Below, in pieces: positions 12,406 to 26,476 of a DNA stretch of 64,000 nucleotides (positions are counted from its first letter, which is position 1; each line of letters opens with the position of its first letter). Under the pieces are notes generated by a model. That model was not told where the DNA came from. It worked only from the letters and a program-made list of their open reading frames with translations, and did not search any database. The position numbers and the translations under genes were made by a program. Source of the stretch: Malacoraja senta (Eukaryota); assembly GCA_038087875.1 (NCBI GenBank), contig CM075996.1:436001-500000 (forward strand), read 5' to 3'.

Positions 12406-12838
12406 TCACATTTCAAGATCCTCCTCTATGTCTACAAAGCCCTCAATGGGCTTTCCCCCACCTACATTAAAAGTCTTCTCACCCACCACTCCACCTCCAG
12501 GTCCCTCAGATCGGCCGACTTGGGGTTGCTGAATATCCCACGGTCTAGGCATAAGCTCAGGGGCGACCGCGCCATTGCGGTTGCAGCCCCTAGACTGTGG
12601 AACAGCATCCCCCTTTCCCATCAGAACTGCCCCCTCCATCGACTCCTTTAAGTTAAGACTAAAAACTTATCTATACTCCCAAGCCTTTCTTGACGTCCTC
12701 TGAGTGAGGGCTACATGTATATATGTATGGAGTTTGTTTGTTCATACTATTCTTATAACAAATGTAAAGCACTTTGGTCAACGAGAGTTGTTTTTTAAAT
12801 GTGCTATATAAATAAATGTGACTTGACTTGACTTGACT
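12406..12838 (+). mobile_element. L2-clade LINE 3' fragment
   Basis: FKILLYVYKALNGLSPTYIKSLL...RSLRS...GDRAIAVAAPRLWNSIP; tail TGTAAAGCACTTTG...AATAAA...(GACTT)n. Confidence 0.88.
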
Positions 12839-12917
12839 CACGCTTGAAATCCGAAACAAAAACAGAAAATGGTGGAGGCATTTAATGTTTCACCTTCCAC
12901 AGATGCTGCCCGACATG

Positions 12918-13395
12918 TCAAGTCAAGTCAAGTCAAGAGAGTTTATTGTCATGTGTCCCAGATAGGACAATGAAATTCTTGCTTGCTGCAGCACAACAGA
13001 ATATTGTAAGCATAAATACAGAACAGATGAGTGGGTCTATATACCATAGACCATATATATACACATAAATAAACAGATAAAGTGCAATAGGCTGTTGTAG
13101 TTCAGAGTTTGTTTGAAGTTGTGTTTAATGGTCTGATGGCTGTGGGGAAGCAGCTATTCCTGAACCTGGACGTTGCAGATTTCAGGCTCCTGTACCTTCT
13201 ACCTGATGGCAGCGGAGAGATGAGTGTGTGGCCAGGATGGTGTGGGTCCTTGATGATGCTGCCAGCCTTTTTGAGGCAGCGCCTGCGATAGATCCCCTCG
13301 ATGGTGGGGAGGTCAGAGCCGGTGATGGCCCGGGCAGTGTTTACAACTTTTTGCAGCCTTTTCCGCTCCTGGACGCTCAGGTTGCCGAACCAAGC
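12918..13395 (-). mobile_element. Rex1/Babar-like LINE 3' fragment
   Basis: AWFGNLSVQERKRLQKVVNTARAITGSDLPTIEGIY...LPSGRRYRSLK; tail (CTTGA)n. Related copies at about 23780-24205, 34210-34720, 46250-46765 and 61820-62270. Confidence 0.85.
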
Positions 13396-14959
13396 CAATT
13401 GGGTTTCCAACAATTTCTGTCTTTGTTTGAACTCCTCAGTCTTCGATTGCTGAGCAAATAAAACAGAAGGCTAGAGATACTCAAGGGGCCAGGCAGCTTA
13501 TGCAGAGGCGGAAACAAAGTTACAATAGAGGAGGATTTGAGCCTGAAGAAAGGTGCCAACCCGAAATGACATCCATCCTTTTTCTCCAGAGATGTTGTCT
13601 GACCCACTGAGTTACTCCAGCACTGTGTGTCTATCACCCTCGAACTGTAGTATTCCCCATTTGTAACTATAGTATTTACATCAAATTGAGTTGATGATCA
13701 ATAGCAGTCCTAGGATGTTGATGGTGGTGGGGTCAGTAATAGCTATGGCAATGAATGTCCTTCAATAGAGAGAAGTGGTTGAGGTTCTCTCTGACAGGAC
13801 CGGCATTGTCTGGCAGTGAAAGGCACCTGGATTGGCACTGATCTCCAGTACTATCTGTGTGGAGTCTGCATGCTCTCCCAGTGACCGTGTCAACTTCCTC
13901 CGTGATTCCTCCCAGTTGCTAGATTAATTGGCTGCTGTAAATAGTCCCTGGTGGTAGATTTGCGAGTCATACAGTGTGGAAACAGGCCCCTTCACTCCAT
14001 CCTACCCACACCAACCAACATGTCCCATCGACACTAGTCCCACCTACCTGCATTCGGCCCATATCCCTCCAAACCTGTCCTATCCATGTACCTGCTTAAA
14101 TGTTTCTTAAGCATTGTGATAGTACCTGCCTCAACTACCTCCTCCGGCAGTTCGCTCCATACGCCCACCCACCCTTTGTGTAAAAAAGTTACCCTCAAGT
14201 TCCTATTAAATCTTGCCCTTGCCCACTCACCGTAAACCTATGTGCTCTGGTTCTCGACGATAGACACTGGAGTCACTCAGCGGGACAGGCAGCATCTCTG
14301 GAGAGAAGGAATGAGTGACGTTTGGGTTCGAGACCTCTGGTTCTCGATTCCCCTACTCTGGGCAAGAGACTCTGTGCGTTCACCCTGTCTATTTCGCTCA
14401 TGAATCTGGGGAAAGTTACATAGACACATAGACAATAGGTGGAGGAGGAGGCCATTCGGCCCTTCGAGCCAGCACCGCAATTCATTGTGATCATGGCTGA
14501 TCGTCTCCAATCAATAACCCGTGCCTGCCTTCTCCCCTTATCCCTTGATTCCACTAGCCCCTAGAGCTCTATCTAACTCATGGTTGATGGGGGTGTGGGG
14601 AGGTTTAGTGTCGGGTTAGAGGAGCTGGGCGATTGATGGTCTGTGCAGTCTTTGCGAGATAAAGGGACCGTTTCCTGTTGTTTACTCTCCGAATCCTTGG
14701 GCCAAATCAAATGAACTTCCTCTCAGTGTTGCTTAACCTTCCGCTTTCGTTTATTGCAAGAGGAAGAAGGTTTTACACCTTAAATGCTGTTTATTAACAA
14801 CAACAATAATAACCATCTCTGTAACAATCTTTATGTGGCGACATGACCCAAGGCATTTCAAGGCAGCATTATCAAATACAAATTGATACCAAGCTTTACA
14901 AGGCTTGGAATGGCATGGGTATAGATTGTTCACAGAGGTAGGCTTCATGGAGCTTAGCA

Positions 14960-16390
14960 GCTGATGACTATATCATGAAATGAAGTCGCTGTTATAATGT
15001 AGGGTACATGAGTGTGGGTAACAAGATCTCCCAAACAGCAAAAACACAAACAACCAGATAGAAAAAAAGGATCTGCAGATGCTGGTTTACAAAGCAAGAC
15101 GCAAAGTGCTGGATTGACTCAGCAGGTCAGGCAGCATCTCTGGAGAACATGGAGAGGTGATGTTTCGAGTCCTGGTTAAACCTCAGAGATGCTGATTGAG
15201 GAACCGGGACTGACAATAGAGGACTGGGGAGAACTTTTTGGGGGGGGGCTTTAGAGTTTAGAAATACAACGCGGAAACAGGCCCTTCGGTCCACCGAGTC
15301 CGTGCCAGCCAGCGATCACCCTGCCTACACTGACCTACACACACACACTAGGGGCAATTTTACAACTTACCAAAGCTGATTAACCTACAAAATCTGTGGA
15401 GTGTGGGAGGAAATGGGAGCACCCGGAGAAAACCCACACCGTCACAGGGAGAACGTACAAACTCCACGCAGACAGCAACCGTAAAGAAAGCACATCAGCG
15501 CCTCTACTGCCTGAGAAGATTACGGAGAGTCGGTTTGTCAAGGAGGACTCTCTCTATCCTACAGGTGCACAGTAGAGAGCATGCTGACCGGTTGCATCGT
15601 GGCTTGGTTCGGCAACTTGAGCGCCCTGGAGCAGAAAAGACTACAAAAAGTGGTAAACACTGCCCAGTCCATCATCGGCTCTGACCTCCCTTCCATCGAG
15701 GGGATCTACCACAGTCGCTGCCTCAAAAAGGCTGGCAGTATCATCAAGGACCCACACCATCCTGGCCACACACTCATCTCCCTACTACCTTCAGGTAGAA
15801 GGTACAGTAGCCTGAAGGCTGCAAAGCCCAGGTTCAGGAATAGCTACTTCCCCACAGCCATCAGGCTATTAAACTCGGCTCGGACAAAACTCTGAACATT
15901 AATAGCCAACAATCTGTTTATTTGCACTTTATCAGTTTAATTATTCATGTGTGTATATATTTATACAATGGTATATGGACACACTGATCTGTTCTGTATT
16001 CATGCCTACTATGTTCTGTTGTGCTGAAGCAAAGCAAGAATTTCATTGTCCTATCAGGGACACATGACAATAAACTCTCTTGGCTCTTGACTCTTGAACC
16101 GTAGTCAGGATGGAACCTGGGCCTCTGGCGCTGTACGGCAGCAACTCTACCACTGAACGCCTCTGCCACCACTGTCTCACCTTGTGAGGCCCCTAAACTC
16201 CTCTGGTCTTTTAAAGGTGGATACCAGGGAGCTTTTACGTCCAGATTGAGAGTTTAATGTTTCATCTCAATCGCTGTTCCACTGTACCACAGCGGGGGGT
16301 GCAGGCCAGTGTCGTTTTCACATCTCTGGAGGCAGGAGATTGAACTCACAAGCTTTAGATTCAGATGTGAGACACATCATTGTACAACTG
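14960..16390 (-). mobile_element. Old DeuSINE (SacSINE-like) remnant fragmented by nested insertions
   Basis: Pieces at ~16200-16390 (head), ~15185-15240 and ~14960-15060 resemble the shark Deu-domain SINE as I recall it. A similar tail lies at ~47710-47820. Confidence 0.5.
15484..16096 (+). mobile_element. Rex1/Babar-like LINE 3' fragment nested in a SINE
   Basis: LTGCIVAWFGN...KRLQKVVNTAQSIIG..LPSIEGIY..RCLKKA..IIKDPHHPGH..LLPSGRRY. Flanked by AACCGTA duplications at 15477 and 16097. Confidence 0.88.
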
Positions 16391-17000
16391 ACAACCTTAT
16401 AATGGTGCAACCTCATGCTCCCGCGGTTTGGACTCACCTGGGTCCAGTGCATGGAAAATCTATGACTGGACAGGTCTGAGTAGCTGATGGGGTCACCTGT
16501 TATTCAGGTCTCTCCTCCCTACATCCACCTGCAGGGACAGTGCAATTGAGACAGGGTGGCACAGAGGCGCTGCCGTAGACTTGCTGCCTCACTGCGCCAC
16601 AGACTCGGCATCGATCCTGACCTCGGCTGCTGTCTGTGTGGAGTTTGTACGTTCTCCCCGTGAACACACGGTTATCCGCCGGGTGCTTCCTTTGGATTCC
16701 CCAGAGACGTGCAGGTTTGCAGGTTGATTGGTCGCTGTAAGTTACCTCGAGTGTGTAGTGAGTGGACGCAAAAGTGGGATGATATAGAAGGTGGACAAAA
16801 GTGCTGGAGAAACTCAGCGGGTGCAGGCAGCATCTATGGAGCGAAGGAAATAGGCAACGTTTCGGGCCGAAACCCATAGAACTAGTCTGATGGTCGATGT
16901 GGACTCGGTGGGCCGAAGGGCTTGTTTCCATGCTGTTTCTCTAAATTCAACTTAACAGAACAATTAGCGGCAATTGATTTGTTCCTTTTTTACACCTGGC

Positions 17001-17419
17001 CAGTGCCGGATTAGTTAGATGAAGAGAGGCCCAAGGCTGTTCCACGTGAGGCCCCTCCTAATCCCCCACCCCACAACTAGAGGAAGATGGTCCACCAGAT
17101 TGACACCGATGTGCAGCTGAGCGTGGCCAATGAGATAAGGGGGCTGGAAAGCTGCGCTGTTTATTTATTTATTTATTTTATTTATTAATTTATTGCCAGT
17201 GCTAGTGTCGAGTTATCGGCTTAAAACACTATTATTCTGAAATGGAGGGCAAGGAAAATTACTGAAGGGTTGTTTGGAGACTACAGTGCGTTGTGACAGC
17301 ATAAGTAAGAAAGGCCTAGGACAGTGTCAAAAAATATTATACACCTTCTTGGCCGGAGGCCCCCTGGATTTCGAGGCCCTAGCCTTCAGCCCATGAAGCC
17401 TAATGGTAAATCCGCCCGG
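17001..17419. mobile_element. Degenerate hAT-like non-autonomous element
   Basis: Ends CAGTGCCGGATT...AATCCGCCCGG; imperfect 8-bp TSD CACCTGGC/AACCTGGT; subterminal GAGGCCC motifs. Confidence 0.55.
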
Positions 17420-17678
17420 AACCTGGTTTAACATATTCCCCCTCAGAACAGTATCCTGGTGGCCACCAGTACATGTGAACATCATTCACAGTGTGTCTCT
17501 CACATGTTAATTGACAGTGACGTGGGGAAACTTGTTATTTTCTTGGGCTGAATCCTTGGAACGGAGCCAGGAAGGTTTTTTTTTTTCTCTTTCAATTGAT
17601 TTCAATAAGAAAAAAAACATGTTAGGCTTTTTGTGGAGGGGGGGAGGAATTTTCCTACAGATACCCTGAGCCAGATTA

Positions 17679-17970
17679 GGGCGGCCCGGTGGCGCAGCGG
17701 TAGAGTTGCTGCCTCACAGCCCCAGAGACGAGGGTTCGATCCTGACTGCGGGTGCTGTCTGTACGGAGTTTGCATGTTCTCTCTGTGACCACATGGGTTT
17801 TCTCCGGGTGCTCTGGTTTCCTCCCATACTCCAAAGACGTACGGGTTTGGCTTCAGTAAATTGTCCCTAGTTTGTAGGATAGTGTTAGCGTACAGGGGTG
17901 ATCGCTGGTCAGCGCGAACTCGGTGGTCCAAAGGTTCTGTTTTCGCACTGTATCTATAAAGTCTAAAGTC
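17679..17970 (+). mobile_element. tRNA-derived V-SINE (HE1-like), full-length representative
   Basis: A box GTGGCGCAGCGG, B box GGTTCGATCC, V-domain GGAGTTTGCATGTTCTC...GGTGCTCTGGTTTCCTCCCA and a CR1-like tail. More than 25 full or partial copies in the window. Confidence 0.9.
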
Positions 17971-18787
17971 CAGATCTATCTTTTTGGCAGTGAGGTTGCT
18001 CAGGATGTTCTGGCTAAAGTGGGTTAACTTTCACAGGCAGACCTTTGGCTTATTTAGTCAACTGAGATACAGCATGGAAACAGGCCCTTCGGCCCACCAA
18101 GCCCGCACCCACCTCCAATCACCCGTTCACCCTAATTCTATGATATCCCACTTTCCCATTCACTCCCTAACACTCACGGAAATTTAGAGCCACCAATTAA
18201 CGGACAAACCCACGTGTCTTTGGGATGTGGGAGGAAACCGGAGCACCTGGAGGAAACCCACACAATCACAGGGAAAACATGCAAACTCCACACAGACAGC
18301 ACCGGAGGTCAGGATTGAACCCGGGTCTCCGGCAACGTAAGGTAATGGATCTACATGCTGCGTCTCTGTGCCGCCTCAGAACGTTATAAAAGATGATGGG
18401 AGATATTGCTAAATTTTTAAATATTGAACCCTGCCTTGGGACAACAGAGTCAGGTGTGGAAGATGGAATTTTTAATTCAAATTGCAAATCTGGTGTCTCG
18501 GGAACATCTATTCGGGAATACTGAGCTACCTGGATGTAAACCTCCAGCCTTTACTTTTGATAAACAGACGTGGGATTTTGGTGGGACAAGGAACTGCAGA
18601 TGCTGGTTTATAAAACAAAAGCACAAAGTGTTGCAGTAACTCAGCATGTCAGGCCTCATCTCTGGAGAACATGGATAGGCGATGTTTCGTATCAGGACCC
18701 TCCTGAGTAACTCGAGCATTTCATGTTTTCAGTACAGAATTTTAGATCGGTGTGACACGGTGGCGCAGCGGTAGAGTTGCTGCCTTA

Positions 18788-19026
18788 AGGGCCTGTCCCA
18801 CTTTCACGACCTAATTCACCACCTTTTTTACTCGTGGACATTTTCCATCATGTTAGAAAAAAACGTCCCGACCTACTTGGTGCCACGAGTACCTACGACT
18901 AGCATCACGACCTGCTACGACCTACCTACGACCTCCTACAACCTCGTGACGACCATGCTGCGAGTATGAGTCAAGGGCAAACTCGGCAGAGGTCGTGAAT
19001 TAGGTCGTGAAAGTGGGACAGGCCCT
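18788..19026. mobile_element. PIF/Harbinger-like MITE, family A (short)
   Basis: TIR AGGGCCTGTCCCACTTTCACGACCTAATTCAC...GTGAATTAGGTCGTGAAAGTGGGACAGGCCCT; TSD TTA/TTA. Removing it restores the SINE head gttgctgccTTAcagcgcc. Confidence 0.9.
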
Positions 19027-20624
19027 TTACAGCGCCAGAGATCCGGGTTCGATCACCTACCACGGGTGCCGTCTGTACAGAGATTGTACGTTCTCCCCGT
19101 GACCGCGCGGGTTTTCTCCGGGCGATCCGCTTTCCTCCCACACTCCAAAGACGTACAGGCTTTGTAGGTTAATTGGCTTTGGTAAAATTGTAAAATCGGC
19201 CCTCGTGTGTGTTGGATGGTGCTAGTGCACGGGGTGGTCGCTAGTCAACGCGGACTTAGTGGGCCGAACTTGCTATACCAGCACGATAACATCCCGTGAT
19301 TCCCGTCTGACTCCCAAATTCCTCAAAACATCGACATTCCCCAATCTTCCACCTTTGGAAAAATATTCTGCTCTCCTAATCTTTCCTGCGAAATTGGATG
19401 AACAGGTTTCTCCAACTTCTGCTCCACTTGACGTGTTTCCATTCTCATTGACCTTTGCCCCTAGTTCACTTTCCGACCTAGATTTGCGTGGACAATAAAT
19501 CTGCACAAGTTACATTCATTCCCTTAAGTGACACCTTCTGGGTCACAAAAAGACAAATTCAAGTCCCAGTTTGGATCCCAGTAGGAACAAGAACATGCTA
19601 AACCCAAAATAGAGCATAGAACGTTAAGCAGTATAGCACAGAAGCAGGCCCTTCGGCCCACATGATCTGTGCCGACCATTTCAACCAAATTAAGACAACC
19701 CTATGTGCCTGCATATGATCCATATCCCACCATTCCCTGCATAAAACAACATTATTTTGCCTGCTTCCACCACCATCCCTGGAGTGTAGAAGGTTGAGGG
19801 GGGACCTCATTGAAAGTTACCAAATAATGATAGGCATAGATAGAGTGGATGTGGAGAGGATGTTTCCACTGGTGGGAGAGTCTAGGACCAGAGGTCATGG
19901 CCTCAGAATTAAAGGGCGCTCTTTTAGAAAGGAGGCGAGGAGGAACCTCTTTAGTCAGAGGGTAGTTAATCTGTGGAACTCATTGAGGGCTGTGGAGGCC
20001 AAGTCAGTGGATATTTGTAAGGCAGAGATAGACAAATTCTTGATTAAGAATTATGGGGAGAAGGCAGGGAAATGGGATTGGGAGGCAGAGATCAGCCAGG
20101 GTTGAATGGCAGAGTAGACTCAATGGGCCGAATGGACTAATTCTACTCCTATAGCTTGTGAAGTTGTGAACCATCCGAGACAGTGTGTTCCAGGCACCGA
20201 CCACTCTCTGTAACAAAAACTTTCCCCTCACATCTCCTTCAGACTTTCCTATTCTCATCCTAAACCTACGCCCTCTAGTATTTGATATTCCCACCCTGGG
20301 AAAAGGATTCTGACTGTCCACCCTATCTTTGCCACTTGTAATTTTATAAACTCTTGACAGTTCTCCCCTCAGCCTTCTATCCTCCAGAAAAGACAATCCA
20401 CGTTTTTTCCAACCTCTGCCTTATCATGATAAATGACCTTTTTATTCCTATTCTCTATTTTCAGTTCAATATTTCTTGGTGATAAATTACTGCAAGCCCA
20501 ATACTGTGTGATGGCCTGTGTGAAACATTATCGGATAATTTTTAATAGCAACTCAACATCCTTCTACCCACCCCTCCTCAATCTACACTGCAACCTCATC
20601 GCTTAATGGAATTGACAAGCATAA

Positions 20625-21070
20625 TTCCCCTTCCCATTCCCACACTGACTATTCTGTCCGAGGCCTCCTCCATTGTCAGAGTGAGGCCAATCGCAAATTG
20701 GAGGAACCGCACCTGGTTCTGGAACAGCATCATATTTCGCTTGGGCAGCTTACCACCCAGTGGTATGAATATTGATTTAACTTCAAGTAACCACTGCACT
20801 TCCTATCTCTCCATCCCTCCCCCACCCAAGTCGCACCAGGTTCCCGTTCTCACCCAGCAAACCGCTAACAATGGCCTGTTTCCTTTATCATCGTTACTTC
20901 TATTTGCATATCTTTCATTCTTCTGTTCTATATCTCTCTACATCACTGTCTATATCTCTCGTTTCCCATTCCCCTGACTCGTCTGAAGAAGGGTCTCGAC
21001 CTGAAACGTCACCCATTCCTTCTCTCCACAGATGCTGCCTGTCCCGCTGAGTTACTCCAGCTTTTTTTTG
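20625..21070 (+). mobile_element. Penelope-like element 3' end (GIY-YIG C-terminus plus hammerhead-bearing tail)
   Basis: Remnant of SHSHTD..GLLHCQSEANRKLEE..IFRLGSLPPSGMNID, followed by CTGAAGAAGGGTCTCGACCTGAAACGTC at 20983. Confidence 0.8.
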
Positions 21071-23144
21071 TCATTTTTATCCTTTACCTTTCCATCCATT
21101 TTTGAACTGTAGAATCATGTTTGCCCTTTCTCAATCTCTAAGAACCATTCTACCGAACATTTTTTTCAACAATACATTACCTATCCTTGGGGCATTGAAT
21201 CTTAATTTTGCACAAGATCGTGAGTACAGGGCCTTATCTTTGCAATTCACAAAATCAGGTAAATCAGGCTCAAACAAGGAATGACCGCATAAATAGTGAA
21301 AGAAAATAAGTAAATAATAGCAATTGGTAATGAGGATCTATCTGAAATGTTTAGTTTAATTTTAATTTAGAGATACAACGTGGGAACAGGCACATTGGCC
21401 CAGCAAGTCGGCGCAGACCAGCGATCACCTATACACTGGTTCTATCCGACACACTAGGGCCAATTTACAGAAGCCAATTAACCTACAAACCGGCACGTCT
21501 TTGGAGTGTGGGAGGAAACCAGAGCACCATGAGAAAACCCACGTGGTCACAGGGAGAGCGTATAAACTCCGCACAGACAGCACCCATAGTCAGGATTGAA
21601 CCCGGGTCACTGGCGCGGTAAGGCAGCTGCACCACTGTGCTGCACATATCAGAAAAAAAAGCAAAGTTAGGAGATTATTTGGAAAGATGAGATACAAGCA
21701 TGGTCAATTACAGATGTTTTAAAGTCACATCTGTATTACGAGTCGTAGAACCAAACAAATCCACAGTCCTGTTGGAATGTTGACTGATCACCGTTAGACT
21801 ATTGGAGATGAGGCAGAAGATTGATCAAGCCCCCATTGAATATCAGAACAGGCTTGATCGCTACTCCTTCTCCTATTTTGTACATTTTTATGTCTTACAA
21901 CCTGAGGCTACAGATCAGATTTTGCGTGAAAATGGCATCCGAGACATCTTAACTTTGACCAGTTTTTCCTGCTCCCGGTTAAAGAATTGGTCTGGCCACA
22001 AAATGGCTGCTTCTAGGTCACCCCTGGCCCAGCTGTTCAACGAAACAAAATGTGGGATTGGGTGGAAGAGCTGCAACGTTGATATATAGCACCCTTCATA
22101 ACAGAGTGTGGAAATCCAGCCAAATCTTCTTGGAATGTAGGTTGCCAGAGGCTACAGTTTATCTCTTGAGAGAGTTTGTGTGTGTATGTGTGCTCGCCTG
22201 TGGCACTCAGCAATATCTCACCTTCCTGCAAGTGTTAAGGAAACAGATGGAGAGCGTTGAGCTCGATTTTCTTCAGTATTACAGCCAAAATTCAGGGATG
22301 GTTTCTCAGACTAATATCCGATAATGCGAATAATAATAACACTTGGGAGTTTTGGATATCCAGGAACATTAGATAGCCGGGAACAATAGATATGAGGAAA
22401 AATTGACCGGAGGGATTTAAAATAAAGAATGATAGTAACCTGGTCATAATGGATATCTGAGAATAGCAGAATGAATGATTTAAAATAATGGGAATGCAGG
22501 AATGTTATCTGGGAAACAAAAAATGCTGGAGAAACTCAGCGGGCGAGGCAGCATCTATGGAGAAGAAGGGATTGTCGAAGTTTCGGGTCGAGACCCTTCT
22601 TCAGACTCTTCGTTCTTCTGACGTTTCTCGACCCGAAACGTCGCCTATTCCTTCTCTCCATAGATGCTGCCTCACCCGCCGAGTTTCTCCAGCATTTTGT
22701 GTCCACCTTCAACTGTTCCAGCATCTGCAGTTTTTTCTTAAACATGTTATCTGGTAATAATAGATAGCCAATAGTGATTTGAAATATAGAATAATAGATA
22801 TTTGGGAGTAGATAATATTCACGATAAACAATAGACCAAGCAATGGATAATCTATTGTTTACATGGTGAATGAGAGTTAGTCAGGAGTTATCGAATCTGG
22901 GCTAATGTGTACCTAGGAGTTATTTCACAGAGAATAATTGATATCTATAAATGATTGTATAAGTCAAGTGGATAAATGGTGGTATTTGTACAGAATAATG
23001 AGCAGTCAAATATAATTGCATAAAGATGATAGATTGACACCTGGGATTGATAATGTGGTGAAAAATGGATCTTTGGATGTGAATAATCGGGGAGTTAAAG
23101 CTGGGAAATGGGACTGAAAGTGAAAACCGATTGAAGAAACTGAC

Positions 23145-23550
23145 TGTAGACAAAAATGCTGGAGAAACTCAGCGGGTGAGGGAGCATCTATGGAGCGAAG
23201 GAAATAGGCAACGTTTCGGGCCGAAACCTTTCTTCAGACTGATGTAGGGTGGGGGGGGGGGGGGGGGGGGCGGGATGAAGAAAGGAAGAGGAGGAGCCAG
23301 AGGGCTGAGGGAGAGCTGGGAAGGGGAGGAGACAGCAAGGGCTACCGGAAATTGGAGAATTCAATATTTATGCTGCTAGGGTGCAGACTGCCCAAGCGGA
23401 ATATGAGGTGCTGCTCCTCCAATTTCCGGTGGTGCTCACTCTGGCCATGGAGGAGGCCCAGGACAGAAAGGTCGGATTCGGAATGGGAGGAGGAGTTGAA
23501 GTGCTGAGCCACCGGGAGATCAGGTTGGTTAATGCGGACCGAGCGGAACT
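23145..23550 (-). mobile_element. Penelope-like element 3' end
   Basis: QPDLPVAQHFNSSSHSESDLSVLGLLHGQSEHHRKLEEQHLIFRLGSLHPSSINIEFSNFR (GIY-YIG C-terminus), followed by a hammerhead-type tail. Confidence 0.85.
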
Positions 23551-24439
23551 GACATTTACTTACATCGTCCCAGCCTGAAGTGTTGCCTCTCCATTTCCCT
23601 CCCCAGATAGTGTCTGATGGGCTGAGTTCCTCACGAATTTTCTTCAATTTTCTTTTGCATCTGCAGTTTCTTTTGTCTGCAACATTTAGCAGCTACTTAC
23701 GTATTTTAGAAGCAATGTAGGAAAGTACCCTGAAAATGTGTCACTTTGTTTTGGGATGATATACTGTACATAGAACAAGAGTCAAGAGTTTTTTATTGTC
23801 ATGTGTCCCAGTTAGAACAATGAAATTCTTGCTTGCTGCAGCACAACAGAATATGCAAACATAGTACATAACGGGAGATAAAGAGTTCAGTGTGTATATA
23901 TATACACATGCACACATAATCAATACGTAAAACTAATATAGTGCAATAATAATAAGTCTGTTGTAGTTCAGAGCTTATTGTTGTAGTGTTTAATAGCCTG
24001 ATGGCTGTCGGGAAGAAACTGTTCCTGAACCTGGACATCACAGTTTTCAGGCTCCTGTACCTTCTTCCCGATGGCAGGGGTGAAATGAGTGCGTGGCCAG
24101 GATGGTGTGGGTCTCTGATGATGTTGGCCGCCTTTTTGAGGCAGCGACTTCGATAGTCCCTTCGACAGTGGGGAGGTCAGAGCCGATGATGGACTGGGCA
24201 GTGAACATAGAAACAGAAACACAGAACTGTACAGCACAGGAAAAGGCCCTTTGATGTCCAAGCATGATGCCAAGTAAAACTGATCTCACGTAGAAACAAG
24301 GAACTGCTGCAATTGCTGGTTTATCCCAAAGATAGACGCAAACTGCTGAAGTAACTTAGTGGGTAAGGCCGCATCTATGGAGAAAAAAAATGGGTGCTGT
24401 TTTGAGTCGGGACCCTTCAACTGATCTCATCATTCCTAG

Positions 24440-25252
24440 AAACATAGAAACATAGAAAATAGGTGCAGGAGTAGGCCATTCGGCCCTTCGAGCCTGCACC
24501 GCCATTCAATATGATCATGGCTGATCATCCAACTCAGTATCCCGTACCTGCCTTCTCTCCATACCCCCTGATCCCTTTAGATACAAGGGCCACATCTAAC
24601 TCCCTCTTAAATATAGCCAATGAACTGGCCTCAACTACCCTCTGTGGCAGAGAGTTCCAGAGATTCACCACTCTCTGAAAACGTTTTTTCTCATCTCGGT
24701 CTTAAAGGATTTCCCCCTTATCCTTAAGCTGTGACCCCTTGTCCTGGACTTCTCCAACATCGGGAACAATCTTCCTGCATCTAGCCTGACCAACCCCATA
24801 AGAATTTTGTACGTTTCTATAAGATCCCCTCTCAATCTCCTAGATTCTAGCGAGTATTAGCCAAGTCTATCCAGTCTTTCTTCATATGAAAGTCCTGACA
24901 TTCCAGGAATCAGTCTGGTGAACCTTCTCTGTACTCCCTCTATGGCTACAATGTCCTTCCTCAGATTTGGAGACCAAAACTGTACGCAATACTCCAGGTG
25001 TGGTCTCACCAAGACCCTGTACAACTGCAGTAGAACCTCCCTGCTCCTATACTCAAATCCTTTTGCTATGAAAGCTAACATACCATTCGCTTTCTTCACT
25101 GCCTGCTGCACCTGCATGCCTACTTTCAATGACTGGTGTACCATGACACCCAGGTCTCGCTGCATCTCCCCTTTTCCTAATCGGCCACCATTTGGATAAT
25201 AGTCTGCTTTCCTGTTTTTGCCACCAAAGTGGATAACCTCACATTTATTCCT
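24440..25252 (-). mobile_element. CR1-clade (HER1-like) LINE, 5'-truncated; longest copy in the window
   Basis: KCEVIHFG...RDLGV...[15 protein letters not shown]...VQRRFTRLIPGM..LSYEERL; tail (TTTCTATG)n. Confidence 0.92.
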
Positions 25253-26476
25253 GTCCATTATGATCCATATCTACCTATTCCCCACACTTTCATATGCCTG
25301 TCTAAAAGCCTCTAAAACACCACTATAGCATCTGCACCACCACCACCCCTGGCAGTGCGTTCCAGGCACCTACCACTCTCTGTGTAAAAAACACAGCCTT
25401 GCACATCTCCATTAAATTTTCCACCTCCACCAGCAGTCCACAGATGCCTCGTTTTCACACCTGACTCTCTCTTATCTCTGTGTCTCCCTCTCCCCTGACT
25501 CTCAGTCTGAAGAAGGGTCTCGAACCAAAACGTCATTCTCAGCCTCAGAGGGCGGTGGAGGCCGGTTCTCTGGATACTTTCAAGAGAGAGTTAAATAGGG
25601 CTCTTAAAGATAGCGGAGTCAGGGGATATGGGGAGAAGGCAGGAACGGGGTACTGATTGGGGATGATCAGCCGTGATCACATTGAATGGCGGTGCTGGCT
25701 CGAAGGGCCGAATAGCCTACTCCTGCACCGATTGTCTATTGTCTATTGTCACCCATTCCTTCTATCTCATGTTTCAGAGGTTATGGGGAGAAGGCAGGAG
25801 AATGGGGTTAGGAGGGAGAGATAGATCAGCCATGATTGAATGGTGGAGTAGACCTGTATGGGCCGAATGGCCTAATTCGGCTGCTATCACTTATGACCTT
25901 ATGTTAGACTAATGGGATTACATCCCAGGGGATTTTTAACTTTCCCAATTTTAACTGGGATTGCTTCAGTGTGAAAGGCCGAGAGGAAAGTGGAATTTTT
26001 TAAATGCATCCCGGAGCGTATTTTGACCCACTACAAGAAAGGGTAGATAGACACAAAACGCTGGAGTAACTTATGATCCAGAGATGCTGCCTGTCCCACT
26101 GAGTTACTCCAGCATTTTGTGTCTACCTACCTTTAATACGTTGAGTTCTCCCTTTCCACAGTGCTGAGAGTTAAAGAGTGTGTCATCATCAGGCACTTAA
26201 GTGGCGGTTCTGACGGGGTGTAACTCTATGTGGTTCCACCTACCGAGACTGGGCTCCCTCTGGTAGCTGCTTCCTTCAGCAGTGAGTGATGAATCATCCC
26301 CCAGGCATCAACAATCTGTCACCGAGCACCGCAAAGTGTAGCCGTTACTTGCCGCTGATTCATAGCCGGCTTTCTGACTGGTTTTTTTTTTTGCCACCTC
26401 AGCGGTCGGCAGACTCGTAGAGAATCACACAGGAGGCCGTTCAGCCCATCCTGGCTGTGTTAGGTTCACTTTATGT

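Noticed and set aside
17679..17755. tRNA genes at A/B-box sequences
   Set aside because: These are SINE heads running straight into the V-domain; no complete cloverleaf is evident.
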